Source: an uncultured Chloroflexia bacterium | Lineage (GTDB): Bacteria > Chloroflexota > Anaerolineae > Anaerolineales > Anaerolineaceae | DNA: 32,000 nt | Assembly (NCBI GenBank): GCA_963704755.1 | Contig: OY969938.1 | Span: 3,240,001 to 3,272,000 of the forward strand | Direction of reading: 5' to 3' | Shown: in pieces, positions 13,947 to 22,934 of the stretch | How positions within the stretch are numbered: the stretch's first letter is position 1 | Layout of the letters: each line of letters starts with the position of its first letter | Notes under the pieces: model-generated | Told to the model about the DNA's origin: nothing | The model's input: only the letters and a program-made list of their open reading frames with translations | Databases searched by the model: none | Program-made: the position numbers and the translations under genes

Positions 13947-14323
13947 TTCTTTAAGCGAAGGTATCTTTCAACACCCTCTAATATTGGAAACTTCCCAGGC
14001 AGGTTCATGAATAGAGGGGGATTGAAAAGAAGTTTTCCGGAAATAAGGCGAGGACAACTTAATGAAGCGCGATTGTGCTGACCTAATTAAGAATCCTGTA
14101 AGGAATTTGAACTTTTTTCGTAATAAATGCTTCAGATTCTTTATCTAGACTGAATACAAACACTTTGGAAAACAGATACGTGAGTAATACGAAATATACC
14201 GTGCAGTCTTCTTTACGCCAGCATAGCTCAGGCGCGGAGAAGGGAGTCTCTATGATTTTTGTCAGGGATGGTTATATGCAATTGCTAATTAAACCAATCC
14301 AGTGAATTTAAATGGAGGTTATC

Positions 14324-16201
14324 ATGCTACGCAAGAATGCAACATTTTTACTTGCCATTATCTTGAGCCTGGTGATGGCCGTACCTGTCGCGGCCGCGGC
14401 GCCCGCTGCAACTGGAACGAGTGTGGCCGGAGGAGACGTCTCCGGTACCTGGGACGTGGCCGGCTCTCCTTACCTGATTAACGGCAATATTACTGTCCCT
14501 GCCGGGGCTACGCTGACCATCGATGCGGGTGTCCAGGTCCTTTTCCAGAGCTGGTACATGCTTACGGTGAACGGCACCCTTTTAGCCAACGGCACGGAAA
14601 GTGCGCCCATCCTGTTCGGCGGTGGCCACCCCACAGCCGGATGGCTGGGCATCCGCTTCATCAATGCCCCAGATGGCAGCAGTTTGGTCTATGCCACAAT
14701 CGAAAATGGCGGTGCAACCGGAGCCAGCCCACTGGATAGCGGCGGTGGAATCTACAGCGACCATTCGAACCCGGTTATCCGTCACAGCACCATCCGGAAT
14801 AACCATGCCGGATATTCTGGCGGCGGCATCTATTTGACCAGTTCCAACGCAACCCTGATTGCCAATACCATCATCGATAACACCGCCGGCTCAAATGGGG
14901 CCTCTGCCAATGGAGGCGGTGTGACCATACTGAATTCGAACCCCATCGTAGAGGATAACATCATCAGCGGAAACTCCGTCTCGATCGCCGGTTCATACTC
15001 GACACCTTCCGGCTTTGGCGGTGGCTTATATGTGCAAAACTCGAACTCGACCTTTAGCGGAAACCTCATCAGCGATAATCACGTCAACGCCCAGCTCAAC
15101 AGCAATGCCAGGGGCGCAGGGCTGTATCTGTCTTCTGGCGCGCCCAATTTCGTCAACGATACCATCAGCGGGAACACGATCGAAAACGAGAGCAGCGGTT
15201 ATTATGCGGTCAAAGAAGGCGGCGGGATCTATTCTTACCTCTCCAATCCCACCTTCGTCAACACTGCCCTTTGGAATGATGCGCCGCAGGAGATTTTCGT
15301 CTCACAAAACGGCTACCGGAGCACCCTCACTTTTGCTTATACCGACCTGCAAGGCGGGCAGGCAGGCCTGGTGACCAATAACAGTGCCACCGTCAACTGG
15401 GAAGCGGGCAATTTAGATAGCGCCCCACGCTTCGTCGATGCAGCTTCTGCTGACTTTTCTCTGCAATCCAATTCGCCATTGGTCGATGCCGGCACAGCGA
15501 ATTTCAGTTGGAACGGTACGACCCTGGTCGACTTGACCTCAGCAGATTACAGCGGAAATGCGCCAGACATAGGCGCTTTCGAAAGTGCTTACAGCGGCGG
15601 TGGATCAGGCGGTGGCAGTAACCAACCTCCAGTCGCAGCGGTCTCCGCCAACCCGGAAAGTGGGAATGCCCCATTACCGGTTCAGTTCAGTTCGGACGGC
15701 TCGAACGACCCCGACGGCCAAATCACGGCTTACGCCTGGGATTTTGGGGACGGCAGCACCTCGAATGACGCCAACCCGGCGCACACCTACACCAGTACCG
15801 GTACTTTCGATGCCGTCCTGGTGGTCAGCGATAATGACAATGCTACCAGCAGTGCGACCGTCACCATCCATGTTACCCAGGCCAGTCAAAACGAGATCCA
15901 CGTTCAGGTCCAAAATCTCGCGCGCACGCAGTCCTCTTCGCGTGTCTGGAAGGGTACAGATACAGTCTTGGTCACCGATCAAAACAACCAACCCGTAGCT
16001 GGGGTAAAGGTAACAGCCACCTATTCGGGTCCCAACCGGGGCCAGGTGAGTGGGACCACTGCTGCGGATGGCAAAGTAACCCTGACGACCAGCAGCCAAC
16101 GAAATCCACGCGGGAGCTGGTGCTTCTCTATCACCGCTTTATCCAAAGGCGGCTACACTTATGATCCCGGCTCCAATGTAGTTACATCCCTATGCGAGTA
16201 A
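14324..16201 (+). CDS. Secreted right-handed parallel beta-helix repeat protein with PKD domain
   Basis: Start set at ATG 14324, 5 nt after GGAGG (the track start 14312 overlaps the SD). Signal peptide LLAIILSLVMAVPVAAAAP. Repeated GGGIY/NxxIxxN beta-helix turns. PKD signature PLPVQFSSDGSNDPDGQITAYAWDFGDGSTS..HTYTSTGTFDAVLVVSDNDN. Confidence 0.85.
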   Translation: MLRKNATFLLAIILSLVMAVPVAAAAPAATGTSVAGGDVSGTWDVAGSPYLINGNITVPAGATLTIDAGVQVLFQSWYMLTVNGTLLANGTESAPILFGGGHPTAGWLGIRFINAPDGSSLVYATIENGGATGASPLDSGGGIYSDHSNPVIRHSTIRNNHAGYSGGGIYLTSSNATLIANTIIDNTAGSNGASANGGGVTILNSNPIVEDNIISGNSVSIAGSYSTPSGFGGGLYVQNSNSTFSGNLISDNHVNAQLNSNARGAGLYLSSGAPNFVNDTISGNTIENESSGYYAVKEGGGIYSYLSNPTFVNTALWNDAPQEIFVSQNGYRSTLTFAYTDLQGGQAGLVTNNSATVNWEAGNLDSAPRFVDAASADFSLQSNSPLVDAGTANFSWNGTTLVDLTSADYSGNAPDIGAFESAYSGGGSGGGSNQPPVAAVSANPESGNAPLPVQFSSDGSNDPDGQITAYAWDFGDGSTSNDANPAHTYTSTGTFDAVLVVSDNDNATSSATVTIHVTQASQNEIHVQVQNLARTQSSSRVWKGTDTVLVTDQNNQPVAGVKVTATYSGPNRGQVSGTTAADGKVTLTTSSQRNPRGSWCFSITALSKGGYTYDPGSNVVTSLCE

Positions 16202-16278
16202 AGTGGAATTAATCGCGCCGTAGCTGTTTGGATGTTGTTGTGCAAGAACAGTGCGGTACCAACGTGTCATGGCTAACC

Positions 16279-16308
16279 ATCGGGCTCGGTCCCTTGACCG
16301 GGCCCGAT
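16279..16308. other. GC-rich hairpin between convergent genes (possible bidirectional terminator, no U-tract)
   Basis: ATCGGGCTCGGTC-CCTT-GACCGGGCCCGAT, a 13-bp stem with one G.T. Lies between the beta-helix gene stop (16201) and the panE stop (16346). Confidence 0.3.
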
Positions 16309-16345
16309 CATCAATTCTGGCGTTCAGGTACCCCCCGAATTACTT

Positions 16346-17263
16346 TTAATAATTCTGTTCCAACACGTGGATGATTTGCACCACGGTCTGGTTGGCCGGC
16401 GTGGGAATGCCGAGTTCCTGGCCCAACGAAACCGCCTTGCCGCCAAAGACCTCTACCTCGGTCTTGCGCCCGGCCTCGATATCCTGCAGCATGGACGTTT
16501 TGCCCTGCGGCGAGAGCTTGTTCAGCACCGGGTACCAATCACGGATATCCTGCTGGGTCAAGTTGACATTTTTGGCCTGGGCCAGGGCGACCACTTCTTG
16601 CATCAGGGCTTCCATCAGGCCTTGCGCTTCCGGGTCATTCTGGAAGAAATGGTAGGGCGCCCGCATGACGGCCGAGGCCTGGTTGACCCCGACGTTGATC
16701 ATGAACTTCCACCATAACATACGGGTCATATCCTCGGGGGTTGCGTAACGGATGCCGGCTTTGGCGAAGGCGGCCTGCACGCGCTGGACCCTGGGGCTGA
16801 GGGTCACGTTCTGCGCTTCGCCGAAATAGTGCGTGCCGGGGTTGGAAAAAGATACCCGGTTGCCTTCGCGCACGGCATCGATCCCCAGCGAAATTGCGTA
16901 TAGGATTTTGTCCTGGCCATAGCGCGCCGCGATGATTTCTTCGCTTTCCAGCCCGTTCATCACCGAGAGGAAAAGAGTAGAGTCGCCGACCAGCTTGCCC
17001 AGGTTTTGGATAGCGCCGGCGAGATGGTGGTGCTTGAGGCCGACGATGATCAGGTCGACCGGGCCTTCGGCCGCCTGGGGTGAAACCGTGGGGATGAGAT
17101 AAGGCTTGCCGTTCACCACCAGCCCGTCTTTCGCCAATTTTTCAAGCCGCTGGCCGTCGGCGATTAACACGGTGGAAAAACCAGGGGTGTCGTAAAAACA
17201 GGAGGCAAAATAAGCGCCCATCGCACCGGCGCCCAGGATGGCTACTTTTTTAATTTCTGGCAT
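16346..17263 (-). CDS. panE: 2-dehydropantoate 2-reductase (ketopantoate reductase, ApbA/PanE family)
   Basis: 305 aa. N-terminal Rossmann KVAILGAGAMGAYFA. C-terminal family motif GKTSMLQDIEAGRKTEVEVFGG. Confidence 0.85.
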   Translation of the reverse strand: MPEIKKVAILGAGAMGAYFASCFYDTPGFSTVLIADGQRLEKLAKDGLVVNGKPYLIPTVSPQAAEGPVDLIIVGLKHHHLAGAIQNLGKLVGDSTLFLSVMNGLESEEIIAARYGQDKILYAISLGIDAVREGNRVSFSNPGTHYFGEAQNVTLSPRVQRVQAAFAKAGIRYATPEDMTRMLWWKFMINVGVNQASAVMRAPYHFFQNDPEAQGLMEALMQEVVALAQAKNVNLTQQDIRDWYPVLNKLSPQGKTSMLQDIEAGRKTEVEVFGGKAVSLGQELGIPTPANQTVVQIIHVLEQNY

Positions 17264-17437
17264 GATTGATCCTTGTAACCGCTCAGCTTACGCCAGAACC
17301 TCCCGAATCTGGGGTTCTTTTCATAAAACCGGGCAGTTATCTTCCCTTTCTAGCTTGGCGTTTTCAACGGAGGTTTCGAACAATTTTCTCACAGAAAAGG
17401 AGCTATTTAACGCCAGTTCGGGAATAATTTTGGTCTT

Positions 17438-18637
17438 TTAGCGTTTGGAGAATTGGACTTCGGGATAGGCGGGGGAGCTGCCCTGTAATAAATCGGGGGA
17501 AGCGCCGTTCAGGCTCTGGTCGAAAAAGGCTGCCAGGTAGGCGTTCACGATTTGGGAGGCGCGCACAGGCGCTATAGTTCCCACATAGCCCAGCCTGGTG
17601 AACAAGGCCCGCGCCGGCGGCCACAACAACAGGGGTAAATCGCTGAAATTAAAATGCTGCGTCCCGCTGACAGTCAGGTAATAGGCAGCGCTGCCGGTTT
17701 TTGCAACCATTTGCCGCATGGTGGCGCAGTTGTCGGCGCATCCGGGTTCGGTCGTGAACAGTACCGGCTGATGGACAACCCCCTGGGCCGCATCGCTGAA
17801 CAGCGTGCCATCCAGGTCCGCGGCCGCCTTGCAGCGCGGGTCCAGCTCGCAGACCTGCACCGCCGTGGCTCCGCCGAGAGAATGCCCGAACAGCCCGATT
17901 CGGTCCAGGTCGAGCCGCTTATAGAACGGGTTGGATGGGTCGCCGGCCATACTTTGGGCCTTGTCCATGACGAAACGGGCATCCGCGACCCACACCTTCT
18001 GGATGCGGTTGACATCCTGGTCCAGGGTGGCGGGATCGGCGTTGTCGGGGATGCCGCCCTTTTCTGTGCTCCGTGCAATCCGTCCATCCGGGAAAACGAC
18101 GATATCCGAAGAGTAAGTCTGGTTGATGCCGAAAACGACGTAACCGTGGCTGGCCAGGTTTTCGGCATACGCGGTGTAGTCCGGGACAGCCCGGCCCATA
18201 CCCGGCTGCATGAGGATCACCGGGTAAGCGCCTTGGGCTCCGGACACAGGTGCGTTTTCGAAGGAATGGGTCTGCACCAGGGCCGGATTACGGTAGAAGA
18301 ACCGGCCCAATCCCTGATCGGCAGCCTGCGCCCTGGCCCACTCAGGCGGCAGATAAGGAGCGGCCGGCCCGGATGGGGAAGAATTGGCCGGGTACCAGAC
18401 CCAGACCAGCAGTTCACGCTTTAGGTTGGCCTGGTCCGAGAGCGGGTCGGTACGGCTGGTGTCCACCCAGTCGTACTCACTGCGACCGACCCGGTAGGGC
18501 CCGCTGGGAGCCGGCAGGGACACAGCCTGTTTTTGGAAAATCGCCACATATCCCAGCAGCGTTAGAACGGCCAATAGGATGAGCGCCAGGAGTATCCCCA
18601 GGCCGATTATGATCTTCTTTTGGGTTCTGGCTAACAT
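17438..18637 (-). CDS. Membrane-anchored alpha/beta hydrolase (PAF-acetylhydrolase / lipase-like)
   Basis: 399 aa with an N-terminal TM (IIIGLGILLALILLAVLTLLGYVAI). Nucleophile elbow FGHSLGG. Overall length and pattern fit the serine-hydrolase fold. Confidence 0.75.
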   Translation of the reverse strand: MLARTQKKIIIGLGILLALILLAVLTLLGYVAIFQKQAVSLPAPSGPYRVGRSEYDWVDTSRTDPLSDQANLKRELLVWVWYPANSSPSGPAAPYLPPEWARAQAADQGLGRFFYRNPALVQTHSFENAPVSGAQGAYPVILMQPGMGRAVPDYTAYAENLASHGYVVFGINQTYSSDIVVFPDGRIARSTEKGGIPDNADPATLDQDVNRIQKVWVADARFVMDKAQSMAGDPSNPFYKRLDLDRIGLFGHSLGGATAVQVCELDPRCKAAADLDGTLFSDAAQGVVHQPVLFTTEPGCADNCATMRQMVAKTGSAAYYLTVSGTQHFNFSDLPLLLWPPARALFTRLGYVGTIAPVRASQIVNAYLAAFFDQSLNGASPDLLQGSSPAYPEVQFSKR

Positions 18638-18875
18638 ACCTTATTCTCCGTATCCTGTTCTTTCGAGTGGCCTTGCGCCGGCCTGGATTTCTTCGATTGT
18701 ATATTTATTAAACACCTCCCGGGTTAAAAACTGGACAGGGAAAAAGGGGGAAGGATATTTTTATCCGTAAGGCTTTTCTTGTGATTCGGGTGATTCCTGC
18801 CGCTCCCTCGGGAAATTTTGGGCGGGGTGCCGTTATAATAATTGAAGCATTGCAACAGCCCAGGCTAAAGAGTTT

Positions 18876-18926
18876 CCCGAATTGAGGTGTGTGCAGGGTT
18901 TTCAACCGCACACACCTCAATTCGGG
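18876..18926. repeat. Hairpin repeat, class 1 (19-bp perfect stem, 13-nt loop)
   Basis: CCCGAATTGAGGTGTGTGC-AGGGTTTTCAACC-GCACACACCTCAATTCGGG, in the divergent spacer between the hydrolase and recQ. Confidence 0.9.
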
Positions 18927-18982
18927 GTTCCTTTCCATCAGGTTTTGTAATCAAACTTAACGATCGATTTTTGAAGCAATCT

Positions 18983-21202
18983 ATGTTGACGCCTGCATCC
19001 ATCCTAAAAAATACATTTGGCTACGATACCTTTCGCCCTTTTCAGAAAGAAGTAATCGAGAACGTCCTGGCGGGGCGCGATACCCTGGCGATCATGCCCA
19101 CCGGCGGCGGTAAATCGCTGTGCTACCAGATCCCGGCCCTGCTGTTCGACGGGCTGACGGTGGTAGTTTCGCCCTTGATCGCCTTGATGAAAGACCAGGT
19201 CGAGCAGTTGCGCGCCAATGGCGTACCGGCCCTGTTCCTCAACAGCACCCTCTCGCCGCAGACTTACCAGGAAAATATGAATTATATTCGCCGCGGTGCG
19301 GTCAAGCTGCTGTATGTAGCGCCCGAAACGCTGCTGACCCCGCGCATTTTTGCCTTGCTCGATTCGGTCAAGGTCTCGCTGTTGACCATCGATGAGGCCC
19401 ATTGTATTTCGGAATGGGGCCACGATTTCCGGCCGGAGTACCGCCAACTGGTGGGGGTGCGCCAGCGCTACCCGCAGGCAGTCTGCCTGGCCATGACCGC
19501 TACGGCCACCCCGCGGGTGCAGACGGACATCAAGACGACGCTCGGCTTTGCACAATCCAACCAGTTTGTGGCCAGCTTCAACCGTGAAAACCTGTACATC
19601 GAGGTGGCTCCCAAGGAAGATGCCTATGGGCAGACGCTACGTTTCCTAGAGCGCTTCCGCGACCAGTCGGGCATTATTTATTGTTTCTCGCGCAAGCAGG
19701 TCGATGAGCTGGCGGCTTACCTGGCCCGCCAGGGCTTTTCGGTGCGGCCCTACCACGCCGGGCTGGACGATTCCCAACGCAAGGGCAACCAGGAAGCCTT
19801 CATCCGCGACGATGCCCAGATCATTGTGGCGACGATCGCTTTTGGGATGGGCATCAACAAACCCAATGTGCGCTTTGTGCTGCATTACGACCTGCCCAAG
19901 AGCATCGAAGGCTACTACCAGGAGATCGGCCGGGCCGGCCGGGATGGGCTGCCGGCGCACTGTCTATTGTTGTACAGCTACTCGGACGTGGCCAAGCTGC
20001 GCTATTTTATCAACCAGAAAGAAGGCGAGGAGCGCCGTGTGGCCGCCCAACACCTGGACGCCATCGTGCGCTTCGCCGAAGACAATTCCACCTGCCGGCG
20101 CAAGACTTTGCTGGGCTATTTCGGCGAAGTTTTCCCGCCGCCGGCACCCGGTCAGTCCCTGGCGACGCCGGTCAAATGCGGCAACTGTGACAACTGCACG
20201 GCCGCTCCGCCGCTGCTGGCCAACATCACCATCCCTGCCCAAAAGTTCCTCTCGTGCGTGGTCCGCACCGGCGAACGTTTTGGGGCGGGTTACGTGACCG
20301 ATGTACTGCGCGGCTCGAAGGGCAAAAAAGTGCTGCAAAACGAGCACGATAAGCTTTCGACGTATGGGATTGGCACCGAGATGAGCGAAAAGCAGTGGCT
20401 CGATCTGGGCCACCAGCTTGTTCAGATGGGTTACCTCAACCAGGACGGTGAATACCACACCCTCAGCCTGACCGGCATGGCCCGCGAGGCGCTGCGCAAG
20501 CGCAGCCCGATCATGGGCCAGGTCAGCCAGGCGACGGCCAGAACTGAGGAACGCACCCGTGCCGAAAAAGTTGCCCGGACGGAACCGGAATGTAACAACG
20601 CCCTGTACGCCCAGCTGCGCCAGAAGCGCAAAGAGCTGGCCGACCAGGCCGGCGTGCCGCCCTACGTGATCTTTTCGGACCGGACCCTGATCGAGATGGC
20701 CTCTTATTTTCCGCAATCGCTAGAAAAGCTGCACGATATCAGCGGGGTGGGCCAGGTCAAGCTGAATCAATACGGCGAGCTGTTCCTGGGGGTCATCAAG
20801 CCGTATTGTGAAAAACACGGTTTGGCAGAAAAGCCGAAAGCGGAAGCGAGCAATGGGAAACCGCCTCGCGATAAAAGCGATGCCGGCCGGCGCTACGTAC
20901 TGGTCAGCGAGGCCTATAACGCTGGCGCCAGCATCACCACGCTGGCCGAGCAGCACAACGTGCAGGTAGGTACCATCATGGCCCACCTGGCGCGCTATGT
21001 CGAAGCCGGCAACCACCTGCGCAGCAGCGACGATTTGCAAGCGCTGGTGACCGCTTCGCCAGTGGACCAGCAGGCCGCCCTGGCCGCCTTCGATGAAATG
21101 GGTACGCAGTACCTCAAGCCGGTCTTCGAAAGAATGGACGGAAAGATCGACTACGAAGATTTGAAGGTTTTGAAGCTGATCTACCTGACAACACGGTCGT
21201 AA
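18983..21202 (+). CDS. recQ: ATP-dependent DNA helicase RecQ with C-terminal HRDC plus an extra helix-turn-helix-like extension
   Basis: Start set at ATG 18983 (MLTPASILKNTFGYDTFRPFQKEVIENVL); the upstream 32 codons of the track ORF run through hairpin E. Motifs MPTGGGKSLCYQ, DEAHCISEWGHDFRPEY, Zn-finger CRRK..CGNCDNC and HRDC (PPYVIFSDRTLIEMA). Confidence 0.9.
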   Translation: MLTPASILKNTFGYDTFRPFQKEVIENVLAGRDTLAIMPTGGGKSLCYQIPALLFDGLTVVVSPLIALMKDQVEQLRANGVPALFLNSTLSPQTYQENMNYIRRGAVKLLYVAPETLLTPRIFALLDSVKVSLLTIDEAHCISEWGHDFRPEYRQLVGVRQRYPQAVCLAMTATATPRVQTDIKTTLGFAQSNQFVASFNRENLYIEVAPKEDAYGQTLRFLERFRDQSGIIYCFSRKQVDELAAYLARQGFSVRPYHAGLDDSQRKGNQEAFIRDDAQIIVATIAFGMGINKPNVRFVLHYDLPKSIEGYYQEIGRAGRDGLPAHCLLLYSYSDVAKLRYFINQKEGEERRVAAQHLDAIVRFAEDNSTCRRKTLLGYFGEVFPPPAPGQSLATPVKCGNCDNCTAAPPLLANITIPAQKFLSCVVRTGERFGAGYVTDVLRGSKGKKVLQNEHDKLSTYGIGTEMSEKQWLDLGHQLVQMGYLNQDGEYHTLSLTGMAREALRKRSPIMGQVSQATARTEERTRAEKVARTEPECNNALYAQLRQKRKELADQAGVPPYVIFSDRTLIEMASYFPQSLEKLHDISGVGQVKLNQYGELFLGVIKPYCEKHGLAEKPKAEASNGKPPRDKSDAGRRYVLVSEAYNAGASITTLAEQHNVQVGTIMAHLARYVEAGNHLRSSDDLQALVTASPVDQQAALAAFDEMGTQYLKPVFERMDGKIDYEDLKVLKLIYLTTRS

Positions 21203-21432
21203 TTTCTCCACTTTTTTTGAAAGCTGATTTCTCTTTTAAAATATCTGGAAGAGATAATCAAGTTAAACTGATCTTGGCTGATATTAGCAGGTAAGAATTT
21301 TCTAACCATATGCGATAAATGTAAAATAATGGTCATGCTGAGAAGACACTATATTTGAAAAATATAAAGAGCCTCGGTGTTCAATAAAGGCCTATTTTCA
21401 ATCTTGTCTGATAAAAAACACTTTAATAGGTA

Positions 21433-21460
21433 TTGTCTAGATTCGTCAAACATGTATAAT
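21433..21460 (+). promoter_or_regulatory. Sigma70-like promoter candidate for the island gene
   Basis: TTGTCT (21433..21438), 16-nt spacer, TATAAT (21455..21460), about 125 nt upstream of ATG 21586. Sequence match only. Confidence 0.3.
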
Positions 21461-21585
21461 CTTCTTTCGAGGAATTTTTTTGTCTTACATCTTTCTGGTT
21501 TAGCTTATTGTTTCCGAATTTCAGGAAATGAGCCATTCTAAATGCGCGTACTAAAAGCAACAACATCTTAAACAAAGGGAAAGAA

Positions 21586-22905
21586 ATGAATATCATAATG
21601 GAAAAGTATATTTTGGCTTCATTCTGCAATATACCTTTTTTTACAGTCAGTCCAATCTTATGCATTAAGTTGCAAGTTGATTCAAATGGATCGGTCGATT
21701 TTGCTCCCGTTACCCTTGGGTACTCACAACCTATTGATACTGTTACCGGGATGGCTCGTAGTGATGGAAGAATTTATATTACTTTTGGCTCCAAAGGAAA
21801 AATTTACGTCTCTGTAAAAAGCGAGTATTGTCTCGAGGATCTTTTTTGTCAGGAGCTGCCTGAAGTGACGGAAGCTCATTCCGTTCTTGTTTTGGGTCAA
21901 TATTTTTATATCGTTTCAACAGGGACAGACCAGGTTATTCGCTATGAAATAAATGACAATCGACTTGTTCATCCTAATTGTGTTTGGGAGGCTAGCCAGG
22001 AGAATAAAGATACTCATCACATGAATTCTATTGTAGAAATGGATGGCGAGTTATATGTTTCTGCGTTTGGGCCAAAAAAGGAAAAATTATGGGCTAGTGC
22101 TACGGATGGATATATTTACAACATTACATCTGGTAAACGAATTATTGAAGGAATTCATCATCCGCACTCCTTAACAGTTCACAACCGCCAGCTTTATTTT
22201 TGCGAGTCCCATAATGGTACTTTTTGTTCTCGTGAAGGCTCATTATTTAAATTAAATGGCTACTCTCGTGGCATCGTTTGGTTGTCAGATGAGCTAGTAG
22301 CGGTTGCGACAAGCGTAGGTAGGAAAGTGTCTAGAAGCACAGGTTTGTTTGCAAACCCTGCAGACCCGGGCGAGAAAGCAGGTACCTGTAACTTAAGTGT
22401 TAGGCAAGTACCTGCTGGTGATACAGTCATTTCAAGCGACTTATCCTGGTTCGGGCCAGAAGTTTACGATTTGCTTTTACTTGACCTCCCGGTAGATCTC
22501 TTGAAAATTTCTACTCGTTCGTACATAGCTGAAAGAGAAACAATTGGTACCAATATCGAAAACCATAAGCAGGCTACAAATCAGATCAATGCCCAATTAG
22601 TAGAATCTCAAGAGCTTGTTAAAATGCTTAATTTGCAGATTTCAGGTAACCAACAAGACATTAAGTTGTTGAACGATCAAAATGGTATCAATGAACAAAA
22701 GGTTCAGGGATTATCGTTTGAACTGGCTGAGATTAAACGAAGTAAAGCATGGATGTTTGCTCTGTGGATTCGGAAAACCCGCGTTAAACTTATTCCGCCT
22801 AATAGCCTTCGAGAGGTTGTATCACGGCGGATTTTTCGAGGCGTGTCAGGATTGCTTAATTGGTCCGAAAGTATATTTAGAAATAATAGAAAAGGAATTG
22901 ATTAA
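21586..22905 (+). CDS. DUF4915 / TIGR03032-like protein with C-terminal coiled-coil extension (function unknown)
   Basis: 439 aa. The pattern HHMNSIVEMDGELYVSAFG ... IHHPHSLTVHNRQLYFCESHNG ... LNGYSRGIVWLSDELVAVATSVGR resembles, from memory, the conserved blocks of the TIGR03032 family. The last ~120 aa are heptad-like (QINAQLVESQELVKMLNLQISGNQQDIKLLNDQ). Low-GC codon usage. Confidence 0.5.
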   Translation: MNIIMEKYILASFCNIPFFTVSPILCIKLQVDSNGSVDFAPVTLGYSQPIDTVTGMARSDGRIYITFGSKGKIYVSVKSEYCLEDLFCQELPEVTEAHSVLVLGQYFYIVSTGTDQVIRYEINDNRLVHPNCVWEASQENKDTHHMNSIVEMDGELYVSAFGPKKEKLWASATDGYIYNITSGKRIIEGIHHPHSLTVHNRQLYFCESHNGTFCSREGSLFKLNGYSRGIVWLSDELVAVATSVGRKVSRSTGLFANPADPGEKAGTCNLSVRQVPAGDTVISSDLSWFGPEVYDLLLLDLPVDLLKISTRSYIAERETIGTNIENHKQATNQINAQLVESQELVKMLNLQISGNQQDIKLLNDQNGINEQKVQGLSFELAEIKRSKAWMFALWIRKTRVKLIPPNSLREVVSRRIFRGVSGLLNWSESIFRNNRKGID

Positions 22906-22934
22906 AAAGCTTGAATTTATTCCTTTGTTGCTGA

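Noticed and set aside
17295-17318. AGAACCTCC-CGAATC-TGGGGTTCT hairpin containing CCCGAAT, possibly a collapsed class-1 element
   Set aside because: The stem is only 7-8 bp with a wobble, and only 7 nt resemble the class-1 arm. That is too short to separate from chance. The similar single CCCGAATTAC at about 16335 was treated the same way.
17654-21211. Long antisense ORFs 17654-18424 (+), 19004-19555 (-), 19964-20716 (-) and 20720-21211 (-)
   Set aside because: They lie opposite the alpha/beta hydrolase and recQ, both of which have unambiguous catalytic motifs. They are shadow ORFs.
21423-21665. 80-aa minus-strand ORF, plus the 129-aa plus-strand ORF at 22682-23071, in the AT-rich island
   Set aside because: The first overlaps the start region and promoter candidate of the DUF4915-like gene and is low-complexity. 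The second is an out-of-frame overlap of that gene's 3' end and the AbiEii remnant.
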